Positions 18,300-25,844 of a stretch of DNA of 25,844 nucleotides are shown here, in pieces (the stretch's first letter is position 1; each line of letters opens with the position of its first letter). The notes under the pieces were generated by a model. That model saw nothing but the letters and a program-made list of their open reading frames with translations, was not told the DNA's origin and searched no databases. A program made the translations under genes and the position numbers. The stretch spans positions 1 through 25,844 of the forward strand of contig CAZJYH010000001.1 of the NCBI GenBank assembly GCA_964549365.1, in the 5' to 3' direction. The stretch is from an uncultured Alphaproteobacteria bacterium. GTDB lineage: Bacteria; Bacteroidota; Ignavibacteria; OLB7.

Positions 18300-19247
18300 T
18301 CATCGCGACCGCCTGCGCCATGATGACGAAGCGCGCACGCCGACCGTGGACTCGCGCACCTCGATGAAGTAGCGAAGGAATTCGTTGATGCCTTCGTCGT
18401 TGAAATCCCGCTTGGTGACGTAGTGCGCGATCTCGCGCAGCTCCGGAACCGCGTTGCGCACGGCGGCCACATAGCCGACCTTGCGGCAGAAGTCCAGATC
18501 GTTGTAGTTGTCGCCGATGCCGATCACCTCCTCCAGTGAGATGGAATCCTGCGCCAGCAGGCGCGACAGCGACGCGAGCTTCGTGGCGCCGGCGGCGCGC
18601 ACCTCGAGGTACCACCAGTCGCTTGTGGTGTGCGACTCATACAGCCGCACCCGCAGCTCCTCCTTGCGCATCTTCTGTTCCACGTAGTTGTACACCTGGT
18701 TCACGCCGTGGAATCCTCCGGTGACGATCAGCTCCAGGATGTACCCCTCGTCGGCCAACGGCTCGAAGGTATCGACCTGCACGGTCTCGATGTTCCAATG
18801 TTCGTGATGCGAGGGAAGATGCACCTCGGGCTCACGACTGAAGAATCCGTTCGGCGTCACCATCGAACAGTGCACGCTGCCGATGCTCGCGGCCTCCTCG
18901 GCGATGTCGAGCGCGAACGCCTGATCGATCGGCGCGGCATCGAGCGGCGCGTCGGCATGAAGCCGGCAGGTGAGGGCCCCGTCGAGCGAGATGATCGGGT
19001 CGCGCAGACGCATCTCCTCGGCGTACGGCTCCACCGATTGATGGTGCCGGCGGGTGATCAGCACGAACTGAACGCCGAGCGCCTGCACATCGCGGACGAG
19101 GTCGATCGTGGAGTCGGCGAGGCGATCGTGGCGGTCGAGCAGGGTGCCGTCGAGATCGCAGGCGATCATGCGCGCGGCTCGCAGGCGCTCTTCGGGTGAG
19201 GGGCGCAGAAAGCCTTGAAACAGCGCTTTTGAGAGGGAATCGAGCAT
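18300..19247 (-). CDS. Cof-type HAD-superfamily hydrolase (subfamily IIB)
   Basis: Motif I ACDLDGTLL, motif II ITRR, motif III GATK, motif IV IGDNYNDL. Confidence 0.88.
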   Translation of the reverse strand: MLDSLSKALFQGFLRPSPEERLRAARMIACDLDGTLLDRHDRLADSTIDLVRDVQALGVQFVLITRRHHQSVEPYAEEMRLRDPIISLDGALTCRLHADAPLDAAPIDQAFALDIAEEAASIGSVHCSMVTPNGFFSREPEVHLPSHHEHWNIETVQVDTFEPLADEGYILELIVTGGFHGVNQVYNYVEQKMRKEELRVRLYESHTTSDWWYLEVRAAGATKLASLSRLLAQDSISLEEVIGIGDNYNDLDFCRKVGYVAAVRNAVPELREIAHYVTKRDFNDEGINEFLRYFIEVRESTVGVRASSSWRRRSR

Positions 19248-19498
19248 GATATGGGGCCTCTGCCACCTGTTGCAACAGCACGCGCCACGGCCGATGCAGG
19301 CCGGGTTCGCCGTCGCTGAACGCACTCAATGATTGGACCAATACCGCCGCTCGGCGGACATGCCGAACGACCACGGTGAGTCTCACACTCTGTAAAGGTG
19401 CAATAACTCTTCGGCACGGGAAAACTACACTGTGAATGTCTATATTTACAAACCAGTCGCGTATATTCTACCGACCCTCATACTTCACAGGAGCAGCC

Positions 19499-20638
19499 AT
19501 GAAGATCAGCGTGATCCACACCCCGCACCCAAAGATTCTCCCGAACGCGGAACTCGGATTCGGCCGATACTTCTCCGACCATATGTTCCTGATGAACTAC
19601 GACGAGGAGCAGGGCTGGCACAATCCGCGCATCACCGCCTACGACACGCTGGGGCTCGACCCGGCGAACATGACGCTGCATTACGGACAGACGATCTTCG
19701 AAGGCTTGAAGGCCTTTCGATGGGCGGACGGCACGGTGTCGTTGTTCCGCGCGCAGGATCACGTGAAGCGGTTCAGCCGTTCGGCCGCGCGACTCTGCAT
19801 GCCGGCGTTCGATGAGGACGTGGTGCTCGAGGGCATCATGCGGCTCGTGGATGTCGACCGCAACTGGGCACCGCCTCAGCGCGGCACCGCGCTCTATCTG
19901 CGCCCAACGCTCATCGCCGACGACAACGCGCTCGGCGTGCGCCCGTCGAAGAGCTATCTGATGTTCGTGATAGCGTCCCCGGTCGGCAACTACTACGCGG
20001 GCGGATCGGCGCCGACGCGCATCCTCGTGGAGGATCGCTACAGCCGCGCCGCGCTCGGCGGGCTCGGCGACGTGAAGACCGCGGCGAACTACGCGGCGTC
20101 GCTGCTGGCGGCCGAGCAGGCGAAGCAGCTCGGCTTCGATCAGGTGTTGTGGCTCGACGCCGCCACGCACAGCTATGCCGAGGAGGTGGGGACGATGAAC
20201 ATCTTCTTCGTGATCAACGGCGTGTTGATCACTCCTCCGCTCGGCGGCACGATCCTCGACGGCATGACACGGCGCTCGGTGCTGCAGCTCGCGCACGAGT
20301 GGGGCGTGCCGGTGATGGAACGCCCGATCGCGATGACCGAGGTGGAGGCCGCGCACGACAACGGCACGTTGAACGAGGTGTTCGGCAGCGGCACGGCGGC
20401 GGTGATATCGCAGGTGGGCGAGCTCTCGTATCGCAACCGTTCGCTGATGATCGAGGAACGCCCGGATTCGCTGCGCCGGCGCTTCTACGACGCGATCACC
20501 GGCGTACAGTACGGAGAGCTCGAGGACACCCACGGCTGGACAATGCGCGTGCCGATCGCCACGAACGGCAACGGCAACGGCCACGCGAAGAAGGAATTGG
20601 AAGGGGTGCTTCCCGGCGACGCCCCGGCATCCCTGTAA
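19499..20638 (+). CDS. ilvE: Branched-chain amino acid aminotransferase (PLP fold type IV)
   Basis: aggag RBS; LHYGQTIFEGLKA, LFRAQDH, VKTAANYA (PLP Lys), EEVGTMNIF, ILDGMTR, EVFGSGTAAVI. Confidence 0.93.
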   Translation: MKISVIHTPHPKILPNAELGFGRYFSDHMFLMNYDEEQGWHNPRITAYDTLGLDPANMTLHYGQTIFEGLKAFRWADGTVSLFRAQDHVKRFSRSAARLCMPAFDEDVVLEGIMRLVDVDRNWAPPQRGTALYLRPTLIADDNALGVRPSKSYLMFVIASPVGNYYAGGSAPTRILVEDRYSRAALGGLGDVKTAANYAASLLAAEQAKQLGFDQVLWLDAATHSYAEEVGTMNIFFVINGVLITPPLGGTILDGMTRRSVLQLAHEWGVPVMERPIAMTEVEAAHDNGTLNEVFGSGTAAVISQVGELSYRNRSLMIEERPDSLRRRFYDAITGVQYGELEDTHGWTMRVPIATNGNGNGHAKKELEGVLPGDAPASL

Positions 20639-21018
20639 TGCAGGACATGCTGCTCCCGGATCTTCCCGGCGGCCACCCGTTTTCGAGCGCGGTGGCCGCC
20701 GCTCGTTTTGAGCTGGAGGCCGCCCGACGCGCGGCTCTTGACGGCAACCACGGCAAGGCCCGCGTCTGCTCGCGGCGCGCGGTGGCGGCATTTTTGCAGG
20801 GGGTCGCCGGGCATCTTCCCTTCGATGCCGGAACCCACGCCCCGGCCAACCTGCGCGCGGTTATGGGGTACGAGGCACTGCCGCAATCGATACGCGACGC
20901 AGCCGAACGCCTGAGCGGCGGCGCGCGCAGCATCGTTGCAGGCACGGCCTACTCCGTCGATCCCGTCGCCGATGCGCTGCTGGTGATCCATCACTTTCTC
21001 GCGGCCGGGGCTCATTGA
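20638..21018 (+). CDS. 126-aa helical hypothetical protein, possibly HEPN-like
   Basis: ATG overlaps the ilvE stop (TAATG). Amphipathic helices ARFELEAARRAALDGNHGKARVCSRRAVAAFL and DPVADALLVIHHF. Confidence 0.65.
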   Translation: MQDMLLPDLPGGHPFSSAVAAARFELEAARRAALDGNHGKARVCSRRAVAAFLQGVAGHLPFDAGTHAPANLRAVMGYEALPQSIRDAAERLSGGARSIVAGTAYSVDPVADALLVIHHFLAAGAH

Positions 21019-21227
21019 TCGCTCTCGGCGGAGCCGCACCCCGGGATCCCACCCCAACATTCGCACGACTGGTTCGTTTCCCCCTCGTTCCCCTGTTTGC
21101 CGCAAAGCACGCCGCGCCGCCCGTTCGGCCGTTATCCCGACCACAATGGGAGTTGTTGCGCGGAGCGGTGTTGTGTAGTTTTGATGCAATTCTCAAGATC
21201 GTTCATTTCACCCTCAGCTATACGGCC

Positions 21228-23336
21228 ATGCTTCAACGCATTCGCTCACTGTGGTACATCCCGGCCCTCCTGCTGCTTCTGGCAAGCGGGACGGCGACGT
21301 CTCAGGTCAACGACAAGGTCACGTGGAAGGTGCTGACCCCCACGGTGAAAGGGGCACCGGGAAAGGTGGTGGAAGTCAAATTCCAGGCCGCGATTGCCAC
21401 GGGCTGGCATATGTACACCACGAAGCGTTATCCGGACAGCGTTGCGGGTCCGTTGCCGACGGAGGTGACCGCCGGCGAAAAGAGCATCCTGACGCTTGGG
21501 GGGCGTTTGAAGGGACCACGGCCGATCCGCCACGTCGATGAGAACTTCGACAATCTGGAGACGGAGTATTGGGAGGGAACGGTCACGTTCACAGTCCCGG
21601 TCAAGATATCGGCGAAAGCGAAGGCGGGCGTCCAGGAAGGCTGGGTGAATCTGTACTTCCAAACGTGCAACGACACACAGTGCTATCCCGGAACCGATAA
21701 GAAGCTCACGTTCAGCATCGACATATCGGACAGCACGATGTCCGCGAACGGCGGCGACACCACCGGGATCGCCACGGGCGACACCGCCACGACGGCGAAC
21801 GCGACGCCGACGGATACGGCCTCGATCGCATCGAAGGGAACCGACACGGCGGCGACCCCGCACACCGTGAGCGCTCAGACCACGCAGCCCCCCCCGAACA
21901 AAGCATCGGTGGGCGCGGCATCGGAGATCGACACGCTTCTGGCCGCTGGGTTCTGGGCCTTCCTGCTGAAGGCGCTCATCGCCGGCGCGATCGCGTTGCT
22001 GACACCGTGTGTCTATCCGATGATCCCGATCACGGTATCGTTCTTTACGAAACGCGAGCAGAACTCGAAGGCGCGTGTGATGCGGGATGCGCTTCTGTTC
22101 GCCGTCGGCATCATCTTCACGTTCACCGGACTCGGCTTCATCATCACCGCGCTTACCAGTGCATCGGGGGTGCAGGATTTCGCGACCAATCCCTACGTGA
22201 ACATTCTGATGGCACTGACATTCACAGCGCTGGCCCTCAGCCTTTTCGGGCTGTTCGAGATTCAGGTGCCTACCGGCATCCTCAACAAGCTGAACCGCAA
22301 GGCATCCGGCGACGGCGCGGGCGCGATCGTGATCATGGGCCTCATCTTCTCGCTCACATCGTTCGCATGCACGGTTCCCTTCGTGGCGACCATCTTCTCG
22401 AACATCGACAGACTTCCGTGGTATTGGCCCATCGCGGGAACATCGGCGTTCGCCGCGGTCTTCGCCCTGCCGTTCTTCCTGCTGGCGATGTTCCCGTCGT
22501 TCCTGAAGTCGCTGCCACGATCCGGCTCCTGGCTGAACGCCATCAAGGTGGTGATGGGCTTCGTCGAGATCGGGTTCGCCGTGAAGTTCATCGCCGGCAC
22601 CGACATGGTGTGGGAGTGGAACATCTTCACGCGCGAGGTCTGCATCGCCATCTGGATTGCCGTCACGACGCTGGCCTCGTTCTACCTTCTGGGATGGTTC
22701 CAGATGCCGCACGATACGCCGACGGAGAAGGTGGGGCCGATCCGCGTCATGTTCGCCACCGCGTTCCTCGCGGCAGGCCTCTGGCTTCTGACCGGGCTGT
22801 TCGGCGGCAACATCGGCGAGCTGGAGGCTCACATCCCTCCGCCTCGTGAGGGCATGCAAACCGCCTCGGGGATGGGCTCGCGCGGCAGCAACTCCTCCGA
22901 GCCGAAGCAAACAACCGGTGAAGTTGCGGCAGCCCAGAACGGTGAGGGAGAGTGGATGCAGGACAACTACGAGGCCGCGCTCGCGCTTGCAAAGAAGTCG
23001 GGCCGTCCGATCTTCATCGACTTCACCGGCTACTTCTGCACCAACTGTCGTTGGATGGAACGCAATATGTTCCCGAAGAAGGATGTGGCGGAATTGATGC
23101 GGAAGTACGTGCTGGTCCGCCTGTACACGGACCGCCGCGATGAGATCAACCTGCGCAACCGCAAGATGCAGATGGATCGCCTGAGTACCTTCGCACTGCC
23201 GTACTACGCCATCTACACTCCGGGCGACCAGTTGGTGGCGCACTCATCCTTTACGCGCAGCACCGACGACTTCATCACGTTCCTGAAGACGGGCCTCGCG
23301 CAGAAGACGGCGACGGTGGCCGCCAACTCGCAATAA
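21228..23336 (+). CDS. dsbD: Thiol:disulfide interchange protein DsbD (N-terminal Ig-like, TM and thioredoxin domains)
   Basis: Signal peptide ending TATS/Q; TCNDTQCYP; LLTPCVYPMIP; FACTVPF; LPRSGSWLNAIKVVMGF; FTGYFCTNCRWME. Confidence 0.9.
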   Translation: MLQRIRSLWYIPALLLLLASGTATSQVNDKVTWKVLTPTVKGAPGKVVEVKFQAAIATGWHMYTTKRYPDSVAGPLPTEVTAGEKSILTLGGRLKGPRPIRHVDENFDNLETEYWEGTVTFTVPVKISAKAKAGVQEGWVNLYFQTCNDTQCYPGTDKKLTFSIDISDSTMSANGGDTTGIATGDTATTANATPTDTASIASKGTDTAATPHTVSAQTTQPPPNKASVGAASEIDTLLAAGFWAFLLKALIAGAIALLTPCVYPMIPITVSFFTKREQNSKARVMRDALLFAVGIIFTFTGLGFIITALTSASGVQDFATNPYVNILMALTFTALALSLFGLFEIQVPTGILNKLNRKASGDGAGAIVIMGLIFSLTSFACTVPFVATIFSNIDRLPWYWPIAGTSAFAAVFALPFFLLAMFPSFLKSLPRSGSWLNAIKVVMGFVEIGFAVKFIAGTDMVWEWNIFTREVCIAIWIAVTTLASFYLLGWFQMPHDTPTEKVGPIRVMFATAFLAAGLWLLTGLFGGNIGELEAHIPPPREGMQTASGMGSRGSNSSEPKQTTGEVAAAQNGEGEWMQDNYEAALALAKKSGRPIFIDFTGYFCTNCRWMERNMFPKKDVAELMRKYVLVRLYTDRRDEINLRNRKMQMDRLSTFALPYYAIYTPGDQLVAHSSFTRSTDDFITFLKTGLAQKTATVAANSQ

Positions 23337-23365
23337 CCCGCGCGCACCGGAACGAAGTGACAATC

Positions 23366-23403
23366 ACATGGGCGGTCCCTCCTACGCGTGGGGCCGCCCA
23401 TGT
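23366..23403 (+). terminator. Strong hairpin 30 nt after dsbD
   Basis: acatgggcggtccc(23366-23379)/ggggccgcccatgt(23390-23403) forms 14 bp with one G-U; there is no U-tract. Confidence 0.55.
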
Positions 23404-23676
23404 CCGTTGCGACCACATCCGCTGCCACACGGAACGGAGTTCGCTTTCGCACCGGGCTCCGGCGTTCCCTGCAAAAGGGGAGGCAGCCTTCGCTCCGTAC
23501 TTCCTGAACGGTACAACGATCGTTGTGATGGGCCACGGGTCGCGAATCGGATGTTGTGTCCGGACCTGCACCTGTCTCCCGCTCTGAAATGAAGCTCCGC
23601 GCCGCACCGATGGCCCGGGCCCATTCAACACCATCGCAAGGGACACATCATCATCGCGATGCGGCGGCAACCCCAC

Positions 23677-23727
23677 AAAACCGAAGCGGGGCGCCCTCGG
23701 TCGATCGAGAGCGCCCCGCTTGCTTTT
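23677..23727. terminator. Probable bidirectional intrinsic terminator
   Basis: aagcggggcgc(23684-23694)/gcgccccgctt(23711-23721) is an 11-bp inverted repeat with aaaa (23677-23680) and tttt (23724-23727) flanks. Confidence 0.75.
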
Positions 23728-23747
23728 GCGTGGGAACCGAGGCGGCG

Positions 23748-24947
23748 CTACGGCTTGCGCTTGATCGCCGTCAGCTCCATCTCGAAGCCGGTCACCGGCA
23801 GCGACTGCGTGACGGTGAGCACCTTCGCCACCAGCGTCTTGCTGTCGAAGACCTCACGGATCACGCCGTCGCGCGGCGAGAGATCCATGCGCACCATCAG
23901 CGAATCGTTCAACGCCGTCACCGGCAGCGACGACGGCTTGACCACCAGGCCGATCGTGTGGTCGGTGTGCACGGCGTCGGCATAGTTGCCGGCGGGAACC
24001 GTCAGCGCGCGTGTTCCGCGGTGCGCGGCGTTCATCCGATAGGTCAGATCCACCGCGAGCGGGATGCCGTCCACCGTCAGGTTCTTCACCTCCTGCGAGT
24101 CGGAGCCGAAGGATTTCCACGTGTCAATGCTGGTCTTGTTGACGTTGGAGATCTTCACCCACAACGGCGAGAGCTTGTCGGAGAACGAGGTGCCGCTCGA
24201 CGTGCGCGAGAGGAGTACGCGCAGCAGGTCGTATTGGTAGACCGAACCGTCGGCATCGAACACCATGTACACGCTGTCGACACCGACAACCGCGCCGGCC
24301 AGCGTACGCGTCTCCTGCTTGATCAGCGTCACGTTCGTCTTGCCGAACACGTTCATGCCGACCGCGAGCGGCGTCCAGGTTCTGGTCATTTGCGAGGCCG
24401 TCACGCGTTGGTTCAGCGAATCGCGATCGTAATAGTTGAACGTCGCGGTGTCGCCCATCGCAAGGCCGCGTGTTCCGGGGTTCACCGTCACGGGAATCGC
24501 GTTCGAGGTGAACGCCGTGCCGGCCCCCGCTCGCAGCGTGAACTTCACCGTTGTGGTCCCCGCCTTCAGGCCGGTGAGCTTGATCTTGTACTTGTCCTGC
24601 GGCACGATGGATGCCAGCGTCGCGTCGGCAAACGTCCACTCGAGCGTATAGTCCGCGCTGGAGGGTCCGCCGCGCTTGCCGTCACCCTTGGCAATGAAGA
24701 GCACATCGATCGGGCCGATCTGCTTCCCTTCGTCCACAACGATTCCGCCGGTAACGGTGCCGGCGCTGTCCACCGCGATATCCGCGCCGGTGCTCCCCTG
24801 CAATGCAACGCCCTTGCTCTCGTAGACGGCGCTCACAGGATCGTCGCCGCATCCCGACAACATCGGCACCGAAAGCGCCAGCAGGGCGCCGAGCGGCCAC
24901 GCGGCAAGGCGCCGAAGGCCGCCGCGGTAGGTTGAAGATCTCATCAT
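23748..24947 (-). CDS. Hypothetical lipoprotein with Ig-like middle domain and beta-rich C-terminal domain
   Basis: Lipobox LSGC-GDD; Ig-like segment TGLKAGTTTVKFTL; C-terminal LTVPAGNY motif resembling DUF3108/TapB-like domains (inference). Confidence 0.8.
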   Translation of the reverse strand: MMRSSTYRGGLRRLAAWPLGALLALSVPMLSGCGDDPVSAVYESKGVALQGSTGADIAVDSAGTVTGGIVVDEGKQIGPIDVLFIAKGDGKRGGPSSADYTLEWTFADATLASIVPQDKYKIKLTGLKAGTTTVKFTLRAGAGTAFTSNAIPVTVNPGTRGLAMGDTATFNYYDRDSLNQRVTASQMTRTWTPLAVGMNVFGKTNVTLIKQETRTLAGAVVGVDSVYMVFDADGSVYQYDLLRVLLSRTSSGTSFSDKLSPLWVKISNVNKTSIDTWKSFGSDSQEVKNLTVDGIPLAVDLTYRMNAAHRGTRALTVPAGNYADAVHTDHTIGLVVKPSSLPVTALNDSLMVRMDLSPRDGVIREVFDSKTLVAKVLTVTQSLPVTGFEMELTAIKRKP

Positions 24948-25155
24948 GTTGATGTCCACAGTATGTGAAGGTTGGAAGAGTTACATCGAGGAGCGAACAG
25001 CAGGAATCGCCGAGAGGCCCGGGGCTCCGGCGACGTCAATCGGGCGTCAGGGGGCCGGGACGCAAGCCTCTGTCATGGCGCCGGGCCGCTCCCCGAATCA
25101 TCGGGAAGGGCCCGTTGCCTGCCGACTCAAGTCGGAGAAATCGTACGCGAGACCA

Positions 25156-25842
25156 CTACGGCGTGATGCTCACCAACTCCATCTCGAACCCGGTGATCTG
25201 CATGCCGCCGTTGAACACCGCGCCGGAGTTCAGCACCTGTCGGAGCACGCCGTCCTTCGGGCTGATATCGTAGCCGAGCGTCAGCGTGTCGGAGGTGTTG
25301 TACAGACTGTTCGTGATGCGCACGCGCTGATCCGTGTGGAAGGACTTGTCGTAGACAGCCTTCGGCACCGTCACCGCCTGCTTCCCCTTGTGGGTTGCGT
25401 TCATGGCAAACGTGATCGTCACCGGAAACGAGGAGATCGTCACGGTGCGCTCGATCGGGCCGCCGCCGTCGATGGCATCCCACGCCCCGGCATCGGTCTT
25501 CTTCGTATTGCCGACGAGGATCCACATCTGCGGCACGCTGTCGAGGAAGAGTGCGGCGCCGTCGATACGCTTCAGAACGTTGCGCAGCAGGTTGTACTGC
25601 GAGAACGCGCCGTCCGCCGTCTTCGACTCGAAATAGAAGGTATCGGCCAGGCCCTGCCTCGTTGTTCCCGTGGAATCGAAGGCAGTCTCCTCAACGACGG
25701 CAACACCCGTGCGGCCGCCGACCGTCTGATCCACCTTCAGCACGGACCAGACCTTCACCTTCTTGCTCCCCGGCACGCGCGCATTGGCGGCATCGCGGTC
25801 ATAATAGTTGAACGTCCACTTCTGGTTCGCCTTGAACGATAC
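25156..25842 (-). CDS. Paralog of the preceding lipoprotein C-terminal domain, 5'-truncated by the window edge
   Basis: The frame is open to the edge (VSFKANQKWTFNYYDRDAANARVPG...). It shares TFNYYDRD, QY(N/D)LLR, (I/L)SP(K/R)DGV and TGFEMEL with 23748-24947. Confidence 0.8.
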   Translation of the reverse strand, partial: VSFKANQKWTFNYYDRDAANARVPGSKKVKVWSVLKVDQTVGGRTGVAVVEETAFDSTGTTRQGLADTFYFESKTADGAFSQYNLLRNVLKRIDGAALFLDSVPQMWILVGNTKKTDAGAWDAIDGGGPIERTVTISSFPVTITFAMNATHKGKQAVTVPKAVYDKSFHTDQRVRITNSLYNTSDTLTLGYDISPKDGVLRQVLNSGAVFNGGMQITGFEMELVSITP

Positions 25843-25844
25843 CG

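Noticed and set aside
19478-19489. 12-mer tcatacttcaca shared with 303-314
   Set aside because: A single low-complexity match with no shared flanks; probably chance.
20564-20581. (aacggc)x3 in the ilvE tail
   Set aside because: A short in-frame NGNGNG microrepeat in a disordered C-terminal extension.
20149-20637. Upstream extension of the HEPN-like ORF, or an ilvE frameshift fusion
   Set aside because: It has the same -1-frame explanation, I saw no slippery site, and TAATG coupling explains the real start.
21176-21183. tagttttg as a canonical Bacteroidota -7 promoter element for dsbD
   Set aside because: It fits TAnnTTTG, but it is a single instance with only a weak -33 match; not enough to call.
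23440-23600. Assignment of the intergenic structure to SRP or 6S RNA
   Set aside because: The minus strand has gcaggtccgga but not the following aggaagcagc of SRP, and I could not build a 6S-like rod with a central bubble. It is kept only as an unassigned candidate.
514-24935. Many long antisense or alternate-frame ORFs (e.g. 514-2070+, 6743-9424+, 15861-18251+, 21246-23243-, 23556-24935+)
   Set aside because: They overlap well-supported genes, are Arg/Ala/Gly-rich with no motifs, and are expected shadows of high-GC codon usage.
25057-25070. gggacgcaagcctc resembling the c-di-GMP-I riboswitch core, among small hairpins at 25007-25135
   Set aside because: It is on the wrong strand for the flanking genes, lacks one A, and has no upstream GGCAAA/GNRA element. 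The hairpins are short GC stems expected by chance.

Overview
High-GC bacterial chromosomal window (GC judged by eye, not computed). It is most likely from an FCB-group organism such as Candidatus Kapabacteria or another Bacteroidota/Chlorobiota relative. This is an inference from T9SS-like C-terminal sorting domains, Gln at +1 after all four predicted SPI signal peptides, and Bacteroidota-style DsbD and lipoproteins. I support 18 CDS. The left ~13 kb looks accessory: a repeat-rich intergenic patch, a BBE-like flavoprotein oxidase, a 1601-aa M43 metalloprotease/adhesin, a 7-bladed propeller T9SS substrate, a small hydrophobic 11-Cys secreted protein, a TMEM175 K+ channel, a stand-alone DUF2156/MprF-type transferase domain and a GH18-like protein without a signal peptide. 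The right half is mostly housekeeping: an FA2H-like hydroxylase, xerD, a lipoprotein, a PgpH-like 7TM-HD phosphodiesterase, a Cof-type HAD, ilvE coupled to a HEPN-like ORF, dsbD and two tandem paralogous lipoproteins (the last truncated by the window edge). I found no rRNA, tRNA, CRISPR array or transposase. The best novelty candidates are the Cys-rich protein and propeller pair with a shared hairpin+CCCTTATCCATC motif, a recurring CGTATMYT promoter-like motif, the HEPN-like ORF and a structured 410-bp intergenic region. All family calls come from motif recognition; no database search was run.
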